A stretch of DNA of 61,655 bases, the filler included, from Vannella sp. (lineage: Eukaryota): NCBI GenBank assembly GCA_023345925.1. It is 6 parts of 6 records of this genome, joined end to end, with 100 filler letters (N's around TTAATTAATTAA, not from the genome) between each part and the next. Parts side by side here need not be neighbours in the genome. Positions count along the whole stretch, not along the records: positions 22,570 to 29,761 come from JAJQQN010001380.1; positions 29,862 to 40,706 come from JAJQQN010001051.1; 4 more parts are not named here. One strand, 5' to 3'. Made by a program: the position numbers and the translations under genes. Below are positions 25,144 through 36,829 of this stretch, one piece after another (position 1 is the first letter of the stretch; each line of letters starts with the position of its first letter). A model generated the notes under the pieces. The model did no database searches and had not been told where the DNA came from. It saw nothing but the letters and a program-made list of their open reading frames with translations.

Positions 25144-26165
25144 TTATTCCCCAAACTCTTGGTCAAAGCCGATGACTTCAAAGTGTTCTCTCCTCCGTTG
25201 CAGGTATAAGTACGCTGCTGCGGTAACCCCAATGATAGAAATCACTAGAGCTACCAGAGGGAGAGCAAGCAAAAGCCACCAGGGACTTGTGGAGGGGAAA
25301 GCAGATTCCCCTTGGGGCTCTGCCATCAAGTCATTAAGACACTTTTCCGGAGTCCCAGCTAGAGCTCATTACGAACCTCCTAATCCAAAGTATTGACCGC
25401 TAACGGCGATTCCGCAAAGGCAGAGGTCCACTCCTGCATCAGACTTGATCTCAAATGAGTTCCAGTCCCCCGGGTAATACGTGCCGGACCACGCCTCAGT
25501 CCCGTTGAGTGATACAGTAGAGAGGGAGTCTATGTCAGTTTGAGATTGGCAGCCGCAGTGGAAGTCTGAGCGGTAAATGAAGCGGGAATTGTCTGTCGAG
25601 TTCTTTCTCCAGGGTTAGGATCTCACAAGAGACCTTTGGAGAGGGGCTCTCACTCCATTGAGTTGATAGGTGACACTCCCATCCTTGGTTCCGCATCCAA
25701 AAGAGCCAAAGAGAGTGAATTGAACGCTGAGTGGCTGAGCACCCAGTGGTGTGAGGTCCTTGTCGATGGTTAGGAGGTCCTAATGGGGTAGATAGGAGTT
25801 ACTTTGAAGTGAACGATCCCAGACCACGTGGGCATGCACGACTGGAAGGGAGAACCGTTGCAGATGCTGCCTTGGGTGAAAGCGTGGCTTCCGTTCGACG
25901 GCGCGGAGCATTTCCCGTCTTGAATGAGGACGTTAGACTCCCATACTTCTTCTAGTTAGTATGGCGAGGTCAGCCAGCCTATCCTGCACTCACAGTGCAG
26001 AGAGGGTTCGCCGTCGCCCTCTTCGGGGTTGGTTGAGTTGACGTAGTCCACAGGTTCATCAGCTGCATAACTTGTGTAGGGATCCTCTACGAGCTCTCCA
26101 TTATAGGCGAGGTTCCAGGCAAAAAGAAGAACCAAAAAGGGAGCGCATGTTGGCCATGACGCCAT
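25144..26165 (-). CDS. Hypothetical type I membrane protein with Cys-containing ectodomain (5 exons)
   Basis: Signal-peptide-like N-terminus, four GT..AG introns that keep the frame open, C-terminal TM 'WWLLLALPLVALVISIIGVTAAAYLYL' followed by 'QRRR'. Confidence 0.7.
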
Positions 26166-26264
26166 CTCAGAGGCCGGATCAAATGAAGGCTGTTGACCGA
26201 TTAACAGAGGTAGCTGTCATTGGCTAACCAGAGAAGCCAGGGACTACTTCTCCTGAAACTGGCG

Positions 26265-26645
26265 AACAGACGTCTCTCACACCCAAGAAGCGCTGACCGA
26301 TTGATGTGCTTCTCGCAACTGGTTGGATCTCCCACCTCACGGGCTAGTTGTATCCTTTTACAAGTCTGATAGTCTTACAATCAGTATGGTGCTGTGCAAA
26401 AGGGTCGCTTTTGACTGCAAGGACTTGTTGTCAACCAGCTTCGATGATGTGAATGGCCAACATGCCGTTCTCATCACTGGGAAGGAAGGGTACGGAAAGA
26501 ACAGCAATGGTACACAAAGCACGTTTCTTCTTCAATGTCCAGCTGCTCCAAATCATTGGACCTCAGGAGGCGGGTGGAGCATGTGCTGCGGAAGAGTGCC
26601 AAACGATAGCTTGTCGCCCTCCCATCTCAAGGACCTCTTTCTTGA
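26265..26645 (+). pseudogene. Heavily decayed remnant of the 27027/28123 paralog family
   Basis: Colinear nucleotide patches: 'ccaagaagcgctgaccgattgatgtgcttct' (24/31 identical to copy 2, with an in-frame TGA), 'tcagtatggtgctgtgcaaaa' and 'ccctcccatctcaaggacctcttt'. Confidence 0.6.
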
Positions 26646-27026
26646 GATGGGAGGAAGCTTTGCAGACCTCTTTGGTGTCATATCTATGAAAGCGGTCAGT
26701 CACTTGGTGGTAAACAGTGTCTGTATTGCTCTGATGAACTCCGCAGTCGTGAGCTTGAAGAATGACTTACTCCTGAGTTCTTCTGGTAAGGAGGTGCTAC
26801 AACGATGACCAAAGACTGCAGAGCTTCCCAGCACGGAGGTACGACGAGCAGGAGGCCAAAAGAAAAAGGCCGCAACAGAAATTCACCAAACATGGTGAAT
26901 TTCTGGGTGCCTTGACACCCAAAACAGAGATCTATTGACAATCTTCCTTGAAGAGAAATGGAATCTCAGAATAGAATCCATAAATGGTCCAGAGGTCCAA
27001 AGGAGCCACTTTTTGGACGCTCTCTC

Positions 27027-27602
27027 ATGAACCCCACCCTCCCAAGTTCTCCTCTCTCCAGCATTGAGAGTGAGGAAATGGTAACCCTGTCCCCAATCCA
27101 TGTGATACGTCTAAGAGCCACATCCGCAACCCAGCGTGGCACACTCAAGCCGGAGCAGCGCCGAGCCATCGACGTCTTTCTGGAACATCTGGAGAAAAGA
27201 GCGGGCAAGTTGAGCAAGGAGAGCTTAAGGAAAGGAGAAAGAAGGGAGAGTATCATCCGTTCTGGAGAAGTAACCTTCTTCGCTTTTCATGTTACCGTCT
27301 CTGACCTCCCTGTTGGCAACGGGTGGTGCTGGAGTCAGACTAGGGCCAAGGAGGAGCTTCAATTGGTGGAATCTGGCACAAAGACCAGATTCTGGAAGGT
27401 CATCTCCCGAGCCAACTCGCCGGAGTCGGTTGAGCTCCCTCACTACAAGGTCTGGCTATTTCAAATGAGCGATCCTCTAGTTCCTCCCTTCAGTATGGTC
27501 TGGTGCGAAAAAGGATTGGCCACTGAGTACACGAACCCCCTCAGCATTGCTTTTGAACCCGTTGTTGTAGCCCTTCCCAGCTTCAAGGACCTGTTCCCGT
27601 GA
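27027..27602 (+). CDS. Uncharacterised family, copy 1 (putative DNA-binding protein)
   Basis: Open frame, strongly similar to 28123-28700. Possible in-frame intron 27081-27134. An alternative upstream ATG lies at 26958. Confidence 0.75.
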   Translation: MNPTLPSSPLSSIESEEMVTLSPIHVIRLRATSATQRGTLKPEQRRAIDVFLEHLEKRAGKLSKESLRKGERRESIIRSGEVTFFAFHVTVSDLPVGNGWCWSQTRAKEELQLVESGTKTRFWKVISRANSPESVELPHYKVWLFQMSDPLVPPFSMVWCEKGLATEYTNPLSIAFEPVVVALPSFKDLFP

Positions 27603-28122
27603 AAGGATGTACTCTCAGAAGCGTTGTCTAAAGTAGCTCTCGTGTTCCTCTCACAGACTTTGGTTCGTATGGACCAAAATGATGAAGCATCTCATGTCGG
27701 AGGTGATGGACATCAATAATTGAAACTCCTGGGACTACACAAGTGCGACGTGAAGCCACTTTGAACGTGATGGTTATTGGCAGGAAGCTTACCCTGGTCG
27801 AGGAAGGGTTAAGAACGAGAGAGTAAGGTTGAAAACAGTGAATAAGCATTAGATAATCCACCAGCCAAGAGAAGAGGCTTCCAAACTCGTACTAATGACC
27901 TCCATCTCTTCAAGAACAGCTTTTGGACTGATTCAGTTATGTGAGTTTTGGAGCACAAAGGACCCGAATGGATTCGCCTCGTGACTTTCCCCCTCAATCT
28001 CGCAATTCCGAAACTACTTTGCACCCCAATCATCATAAATGTGCGAATTTTCAATTAACTTGGGAATATTGGAGCATCTCGATGGACCAAATTGGAGCAA
28101 CTTCCGTCTTGGACTATTCTCC

Positions 28123-28700
28123 ATGGACCCCTGTCCCGTTCGCAGCGCGGCACGTGAAAACCTCCCTGGTATCTGTTCATGGCAATTAGTTCCTCTGGCT
28201 CCCATGCATGCAATACGCCAGACAACACTGAGTCCGAGCAGCACCGAGCCATTGATGTCCTTCTGGAGCGTCTGGAAGAAAGATCAATCAACGTTCATCA
28301 TGCAATCCCCCTGGCTGGAGAAGAAAGGGAGAGAATCATCCTTTCAGGCGGAGTAACCTTCTTTGGCTATCTCGCAACCGTTTCTGACCTTCCTGGCGAC
28401 AAAGGATGGTATTGGAGTCAAACAAAAGCGAAGAAAGAGCTCTACTTATCGGGGTCCTCCACAAAGGTGAAGTTCTGGAAGGTCATCACGAGATATCGCT
28501 ATGGAGAGAGAACTGCATGTCTCCCAAACTTCAAGGTTTGGTTCTTCCAAATGAGTAGTCCTCTCACACCTCCTTCCACTATGGTTTGGTGCGAGAAAGG
28601 ACGTGTTCATGATGAACCAACTAACCGGCAAGCCCAAGTTGTCTCCCTTCCCCGCTTCAGGGACCTGTTCCCTTCTGACAGCTTCCCCAATCCTCCGTGA
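28123..28700 (+). CDS. Uncharacterised family, copy 2 (putative DNA-binding protein)
   Basis: ATG at 28123; intron 28169-28221 (GTATCT..CCAG) restores the frame to 'DNTESEQHRAIDVLLE'. Paralog of copy 1. Confidence 0.75.
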
Positions 28701-28863
28701 AAAAAGATGAAAACTATAAAAATGGCCAGCTTGTCACAAGCTGTGATCTTCATTGTACAAAGTCGGACGGGATGGGAGCATTTTTTTTGGTCAGACCAGC
28801 AGACGAGAGCAGCTCTCCTCATGAGCACACTCAACTTCATTAGAAGGGAGGAGAGAGTAGTCT

Positions 28864-29246
28864 TTGGCACCAAACAAGCCTCAAGTCTGGGATGGGAGGG
28901 AGAGGATCACCCTTCCCGGCGAAGAAACCTTCTTGGACTTTCATGCAACTGCTCTTGACCTAGCCAGCACCAATGGATGGTATTGGGGGCGAAAGATGAG
29001 CTTTGCTTGCCAGAATCCTCCGCAACGGTGGAGTTTTGGAAGGTCATCTCCGATCTTGTGGTAAGGGAACGACCTCATATCCCCAGCTTCAAAGGTCTGT
29101 CTGTATCAAATCAGTGTACCTCAAGTTCCAGCATTCACTGTGGTTTGCTGGAAGAAGGACGTGCTGTTGATGAACCAACCTCCAGTCAAGCTGTGGACAG
29201 CGACTCGCCGCTCGTAACTTTTCTCGTTCAATCGATTGAAAAGTAG
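28864..29246 (+). pseudogene. Frameshifted copy 3 of the same family
   Basis: 'RERITLPGEETFLDFHATALDL..TNGWYW', 'AKDELCL.ESSATVEFWKVIS' and 'VCLYQISVP.VPAFTVVC' are separated by two frameshifts with no intron signals. Confidence 0.8.
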
Positions 29247-29761
29247 CCCTTATCTTATGAAACAGACAAAATCGTCATTCGCATTAGTGCCGGTCACATT
29301 TAGAAGCAGGTTTCAACGGAGGGTGGATGAGTGGGACGGTGAATCCTCACTCACGAAAGAAGAGTGGTCTCAGAAGCCGTAATGGTTGAGTGGTGGGAAG
29401 CTCTCTCGAAACTGCCTCATTTGGCAGTCTGAAAGAGACTGCTGGGAACGAACTTGGACTTGATCAAAAAGAGACGTGACAATGAATAGACTCGTGGCAG
29501 GGTAAGGAATCGAAACCATCAAACAAAACCTCCCCATTCTTCGCAGGCCAAAAGTTCATTCTTACGCAGGTTCCTAAGAAGACCAAATTTCAGAGATTTA
29601 CGACAAATTTGGATGGATCGTCTACCCACCAAACCCGACCCAGATAAGAAAGAAGGCCAAAACGATCATTTTTTAAGGCGACCTTCAATGAGCTCAAGCC
29701 CTTTCCGGTAGCCAAGCCTACTTTCAAGGCGAGGAAGAGCTAGTTCAGCTGCCACTGTTCC

Positions 29762-29861
29762 NNNNNNNNNNNNNNNNNNNNNNNNNNNNNNNNNNNNNNN
29801 NNNNNTTAATTAATTAANNNNNNNNNNNNNNNNNNNNNNNNNNNNNNNNNNNNNNNNNNNN
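29762..29861. other. Artificial contig linker
   Basis: N44-TTAATTAATTAA-N44. Confidence 0.99.
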
Positions 29862-32800
29862 ATATCTCTGCGACTACCAGGGTGCCCATAGAGGTCCTCA
29901 AACGATTCTTTTGTCGGTTCTAAAGTGTCAACCAGGACAGGAAGCTTCACCAGTGACCTGTTGGAAGTGTGCCCAAGAATTTGGGTCAAACGGTCCAAAT
30001 CCTCAGGAGGATAGAAGCTCCTTAGGATTGGCTCAGCCAAAGGAGAGTATCCTAGGACATTCAAACTGGCTTCATCCACAACGATAAGTGCCACTCGCGT
30101 ACCGGGAATTGGAACTCCACTCCCATTGACACTAACAGAAACACTGAACTCTTCTCCGGGGACGAGAATCAGTTTGCTGGGGAGAATGGAAACATGAAGA
30201 CTGCGGGAGTTCCGGCTGACTTGAAGATTGTAACGACCCGCCCAGGTTACTAGCGATTGATCCTTTGCGATGCCTAAAGTTCTAAAAAGGAGCAACGCAC
30301 CTGGGAGGAGCTTTTCCTCAGTAAAGACGACCTTGTTTGAGATAACATCATCTCCACTCTTCTCTGCGGAAGAGAGGCATCCAAAAGATACTCCACCGTG
30401 ATGATAGCTGGCCACTAGTCCCAAAGAGAGACTCTGACACTCGCTGGCACAGAGCTCAATACAAACGTTTTGGTTCGATTCAAACTCTCCATTGGCAGGA
30501 ACGGGAGTGTGCCTTGCTAGTTTCACACCCAAAGGAGCAATGCGGAAAAGATCTTCCGAAGGAGGCTTTGCTGACTTCCTTTCTTCCAAGGGAAGATAAG
30601 GAGAAGCTCCAGCTAACTCGAATTGACATCCACAACAGACTCCTGTCATTGGGTCAGAGGCGATTGCTTCTATGAAATAAGAAGGAGCGTTGCCAGATCT
30701 CTCAATATGGAGAGTGACTGGAAGCTCCTCTGAGGTAGTGTGGAAGTTCTGGTCTTGCTGACTGAATTGGGAATGTTTGATGACCACTTTGATGTCGATT
30801 TGGAGTCCGGGGATGGGCTGTTGGGTGCTGTAGTCGATGGCAATCACTTGAAGCTCAAAGAAAGAGTCTCCATAAGGGAGTTGGGGCCATTGTGGACTAA
30901 AGAGACCCACAGCGAATGGAGCGGGGAGCACAGTAAATTCCCCTTCGCTTGGTTGACCCCGGTCGGATCCTTCAGTGACCTCTAAGAGAGCTCTCACCTT
31001 CACTGGCACGGGAGGCTCCATACTTCCTTCAAATGTGACTTGAAGATGAGATTGTCCCTTGTGGTCAGTCGTGTCATCACAAACTTGAGCAAGGAGGTGC
31101 TCCACAGCATTGCCATTCGAACCGAAATGGAAATAAGTCCAGGAATGCTGTCCCAAGATACTGTCAGGGCTTGCTCTCTCAGCTATTACTCTCCATTGGA
31201 CAGGAGTCTCTGACATGCTACCCCCTGCATAGTAGTTCGCAGCTCCTTTTAAGATAGCTGAACCTTGATAGAACACCATTCCAGGATTGAGAATGACCGC
31301 GTTCGTCTGGAAAGCGGGCGGCTGGAACTCTTGGATTTGGAAGTTCACTGCATAGTCACCTTTGAATCCTCCGATTGCCTTTGGAGATACGCTGAAGCGA
31401 GCTTGTGAGATTCCCAGTCCTGGTGAAGCAGGAAGGTTCACTTGGATTGCAAAAGAGCCTTCAACAGAAAGCTCAATATCCGGAAGAGAGGCTACTTCCT
31501 GCCCTTGGCTATCAACGATTTGGCAGGAAAGCACTGCGTTTGTCAAGTATTTGAGTATTGGCAATGCACCACTGCTAGAGGGTTCACACCAGCGGATGTA
31601 TCCTTGCAAGGTCAATTGCTCTCCGGGATTGTAGATTCCTCGGTCACTTACAACGTGCCAAAGTGGGCGAGGCTGGTAGAACTCAAGCGAGGATACATCT
31701 GGAACAGAGAATCCACGGACAAGAGCGGAATCATCCCCAGCCGTTACGAGAATGTCGTATGAAAAGAATGGCTGGCACGGCGAGCTGACTAATCCCTGAT
31801 AATCGGAAGTGGAAGGCACACCAGTCTTCTTTTGTGTAGAATGATCCAGGAGTTGAAGCTGAGCCCCAGCAACGGGCCCTTTGAGGTGCTCTAAATCGGT
31901 AACCCACGCCCAGATTGCGTTTGGAGCTCCAAATACCTCAATGCCGAGATTAGTCATTTGGATCCAGCTCCATACAGGGACTCGGTAGTGTTCTGGGTTA
32001 CTTCCATGCGCCTTGGGAGTCGGAAGAACGACCAGGATCAGCTGTGCAGTTCCAGTGCCCAAAGAAAAGAGAGCAGGGGCCAGTGAAAAAGTCACTAAAA
32101 CCTCCTTGTTCAACTCATATCCCTCAACAGCCCGGACCTCATCGAACACCATTTTCCCGAATCCCAGGGGGTCGTTGTCCTTGCCTCTTGCTCTTCTCCC
32201 ATCCAAAAGTGCGTTCCATTTTGTCAAGTCACCTCGGGTGGGGTTGACTTGGTAGACTTGGACGCGAAGTTCGCTGTAATTGAGAGATTTCACTTGGAAT
32301 AGCCGGCTTTCTGGTAATGCTGCTGCTCTGATAAGCATGCCACCTTCTTCCATGGCTTCAATTCCGCACACAAAGTTCTCTGCCAGAACTCGGAGTTGAT
32401 AGGTTGCTTCTCCTTTGGGCAGTGCGTCTAGTTCGGAGGTACGGACTCGAGAAAGGTCGATTTGAAGCTGGATGTCCTCTCGAAGTATTCCGTTTGGTTC
32501 AACAGTGATCCTGAACTTGTCACTGGACACTGCCTGGGCCTGGAGAGAAACTTGAGCAGGGTGGCTCCATTGAATGGCATCAGCAGTCAAGTGAACGGGG
32601 CGGTCAAAAGTGATGTTAATGTCTCGCCCGATGCTGAAAGGGTTGGGATGTTCAATTCTCAGGATCCTCAGCTTTGTGCTCTTCTTTGGGACCGAAGATT
32701 CTGTCTCTGATGTACGGAATGTCCACTTATGACTGGCTGTCATAGCAACTTCGTTGGTCAAAAGGCCGCTATTGTCTGGAGATAGAATCGCGTAGCCCCT

Positions 32801-35800
32801 TCCCAAGCACAGAGAGACAGCCATATCAAATGGCAAAGGCTTGACAGGAATGAATGCCACTTCATCCTCCCCAAGAGCTTCCTTTCCTGAAGCATCGAAG
32901 ATCTCTTCCGAAGATGCTTCTCGACATGCTATCTTGTGCTTTCGAATGGTTCCTTTGTACTCCCACTCGAGTCTCTCGACAACTTGGCCTCTCCTAACTG
33001 GTGTTTCAAAGTGAATGAGCACCAGTTGGCTGACATTGATTGTGGCTGACTGAACAGAGGGCAGAACGAGAATCGGGTCCCTTGGCATGTTTTGGAAGGT
33101 GAAAGTGTGCTCTTTCCCGAGCTGCTGCTGTGAAAAGGAGCTGACGGAGGGGTTGATTGTCACAGTCCACTCTCCACAGAGAGGGAGAGCATCCAATTCA
33201 AGAGTGACTAGATTGGTTTCTGTGAGCCACCTTCCAGAGATTGGGGGAGTAATGACGATAGAAGACTGCAGTTCGTTCTCACTGATGATTGCAAGGTCAT
33301 CTGAGAATGATATCTCCAACCGCACCGCATTTTCAGCCGTCCTACTCAATTGGTGCCCGACAAAAGCAAAAGCTGGGCCAGTTTGAAAGACCTTCTTGAA
33401 GCTCTGGCGAGTCACAACATCACCCAAAGCAGGTCGAACGCCTGCAGGAAGATGGAGCGTGCATTTGGTTTCTGTGGGAAGAAGAGATACTGGCGATAGA
33501 GAAACCACCAAGCCATCAGCTTCAAGACCTGGATTCCCGAATAAGAAGTGGTCTCTCTCCTCCTTGCTGATCAGTCGGAGACCGACTTTCTCCCTTCCTG
33601 CTTGGATGTACGAGAGTCTCTCGACATCTTCGGGTACCACTGGAATGTCAAAGTAATACTGAATCAGTGGGCGGATAGGAGTTCGACCTCGTTGTGATGA
33701 AAGGTAGTGATTTAGAAGTGCTGCAGGCTCAGTTGTAAGAACTACAGCTAAGTCTGATACCAGGCAGTTTCCGTTTGAGGCAGAAAATCCTGCAGCAAAG
33801 GTCACAGTGAATTCAGTTGCTCTTTGAATGGACCATAAAGAAAGAAATCTCAAAGAGTAGTTTGTCAGGAATTTCCATTGACCTTCAATTCGAGGCTCAA
33901 TGATGGGACAAGCCTCTTCTAACAGAAAGTTGTCGTCGGCTCTTTGCCCTAAAGACTGGTTCCAGAAAATCTGTATCTCAGAGTCCCTGATTAAAGGGGG
34001 CATTGAGTTCAGTACAAGGCGAGGTGCTGTTTTGTACTTAAACGTTTGAGCTGGCCCCAAAAGGGGACCCTCTGTTGAAGGAATCCCTTCAAGACAGAGA
34101 GTAAATGGAGTACTAAACGGCAACGCCTTTCGAGTGCGAAACACCAATTTGACAGTTGTTCCGTGTACTTGGCGCTGGTTCACTATGTCTGGGAACTCTT
34201 CTCGAAAAGAGACGTGTTCCAGCGGCACATTACAAGATAGAGAGAGGAGGCTGAGGACTTGGTCAGCTTCAACAGGGCCAGAAAACAGGATTCCAAATAT
34301 AAATGCAGGAGAAACCTCCCCACTGTCATTAATTGGCACCAGAATCTCCAGCACTTGGTTAAAGTTGCCCGTAAACTCTCCAATCAAAGCTCCTTGTGGT
34401 ACACGGTCCCCGCGCTTCGTCGAAATGAACTCTGTCTCACTAAAAGTGAGGCGAAACAGGTTGTTCAGAGGAAGCTGAGTGTTTTGAATCCGGTAAACAG
34501 TCTCGTTATTGCCATAAGGTGAACCATGGTACCAAGTGGTGTCCGGATAGGGAGGTGGATTGAGGTTCAAGTGAAGTTCGTGCAACAACTCGCTCAAACA
34601 TAGACGAGGACCTGGCTCGTGAGGATGACTCTCCAAGTGAGCTTTGAATGCTGGAGCAGTAGTAAATGGGATCCCAAATTGAGCCACGGATGCTTCCGGC
34701 CCTTCCAAAGACTTTGAACCAGGCAGGAGAGTAATCCTGTACTTTGAACCATGCTTCAAGGGTGTTGCGGGTCGAACGCACACTATCCGGTCTAAATCCG
34801 CCAGTGCGAATCCTCTTCCTCTTACTTGCCAATGGACTGCAGTTTTAGGATCCATTAGTTCCAGAGGAATCGGTCTATCTGCTTTGATAAGGCGCTTTTC
34901 AAATAACTGTAAATGGGAAAGGACGCTTTCTGCATCCACACGTTGACTGAACTCCAAGAGAGCTTCACTCTCACGCGCCCAGACTATTTCTTCTCTTCTT
35001 GGAATCTGTCCAATGAGTGCCATTAAACGGGCTGCACTAAGCTGCAGGTCACTGAGAGGGTACTGTTGGTTAAATGGTGAATGAGTCCCTGGTGGAGCAG
35101 AGATTGTGTACTTTAGGGAGGTCGCGACAGTGTCCAGTCCACCAAAGCGCCATTCCATCGCCTTAGGCCCAGTCACCTCCCACTGACCTTGAAGAAGCTT
35201 TGGATTGAATTGTAAATTGAATAGCGTGTCAAACTCCTCTCTTGGTGGAAGGCTTGCACTGGGAGGATAGAGATATTGAGTGAATGAGAGAATAATGCGC
35301 CCTCCATGTTGGAAGACGGCCTCATTCAAGGCAAAAGACTGTTCTACTCCCACTGACTGATTCACAAAAAAGCGTGCACTCCTTGGGGCTGGCAAATTAC
35401 CCACAGCAGGAAGCCATCCGGAGTCCAAAGATATTTGAAAGTGCTCAGAGTATGCAGCGCGTTCTGTTATCTTGAAGTAGAGAACTGCTTGTTGCTGTTC
35501 CGGTTCGTTGGGAGTAGACATAAACACTGAGGTTCGCAAATGATCATCGAACTCGTCTTTGGTGGCGAGTTCTAGCCGATAAGACTTCCTCAAGTTGCTG
35601 GATTTGCATGAAAGTGCTCCCAACACACTTTCCGGATCTGGTAGTTGGCTGAATGTCAGGGCAATCATGAATTGAGGAACAAGGTTCTCTCCGAGCCGCG
35701 GCCAGCTATTCACTAAATGGATGGGATAGTGCTGGAACTCGAATGTCTCGGAAGTCTCCAGAGGGACAACAGAACCACCGACAGGAGCCGACGCCATCTC

Positions 35801-36685
35801 CGCGGGCAGGTGAATCTGATATCCCTGAGAGCCGGGTAGCTTCTCATCAAACATGAGCTGCACTTCAGAGGTGAGGAGCCACTGCACGGGGACATTCGGC
35901 ACCAAGATTGGGAGGACCATTCCTTCCGGAGGAGGTCTGGGCCAGCCACCAGCCTCTGCTGGGGCAATGGGTAAATTGAAACGGAGAGTAGCTCTCAGCC
36001 TAAAGCTCTCAGTCTCCCCTCTAAATCCCTGTTCAACGCAACGCATTCTTTGGTTGGTTGATTTGGTGACTTCTTGTGCGAATGCTAAGCGCTCCTGGGC
36101 CCCAGGAGAGAACTTTAGATCCTTGTCTTTCTTGAGTATCTTAGCCATCACGGTACCGGTCCTTTTGCCCTTCGAAGCTTGGTGTTGTTGATAGATTCTC
36201 TTCTGTTCCTGGCGGAGGTGCTCATGAAAGCGCTCAGCTCGTTCCTGGCGCAGAATCCGAGTCTGTTCCTCATCTTCTTGGTCTTCAGTGCTCCCGTGGG
36301 ACGTCAGAAGACAGGAGGAGGACTCGGGAAGAGGAATGTCCGGCAAAACAGAACTCTGTCTTCCACGAGGAGGGGATATAGAACAAGGAGCAAGGCGTTC
36401 CAAAGTCTCCCTGACCTCTTCAAGGCAAAGCAGCGTTGCGGCGTTGGAGACTGAAGCTTCAGAGGCATTGCTGGAGGATTGCAGAAGGGAAACGGCTTCC
36501 AACTCATCAACCAGCGATTCTGCGACCTGCTCTTCACAAGCCAAAACTTCGGGAGAGTCCGACGCCAAGGGCTCAAGGCGAACGCGAAAGTTGTCCACTT
36601 CGGCTCTCAAAAAATGGCTCTTACACCGACCAATCAGCGTTGGCACCAAGGGGAAATGCTCTTCTCGTTGCTCGACTGTTCTCAA
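29862..36685 (-). CDS. Bacterial-type alpha-2-macroglobulin-like protein with multiple N-terminal Big_5/SbsA-like Ig domains (3'-truncated)
   Basis: Uninterrupted >2200-aa ORF with 'WIQMTNLGI', 'AWVTDL', 'SDRGIYNPGEQLTLQGYIR', 'FQIQEFQPPAF', 'ANYYAGG' and 'PGEEFSVSV...VALIVVDEASLNVLGY'. It runs into the contig end and the start codon is uncertain. Confidence 0.82.
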
Positions 36686-36829
36686 TGGCCTCCAGAATTT
36701 TCCATTTCACCACGACTTAATGTTGCTTTTCATCAATGAAGGGCATTTAACGCTACAAAAAGGATTAAAAATACAATGCATCTTTGAGAGGAGACTTCGA
36801 CAGTTTTTATCCGCCTCTGGTGGGCTGCC

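Noticed and set aside
26323..26808. 161-aa ORF as an independent gene
   Set aside because: It has a non-ATG start, no recognisable domain, and overlaps pseudogenic patches of the neighbouring family.
28169..28235. Apparent frameshift in paralog copy 2
   Set aside because: Explained by a 53-nt GT..AG intron that restores the frame.
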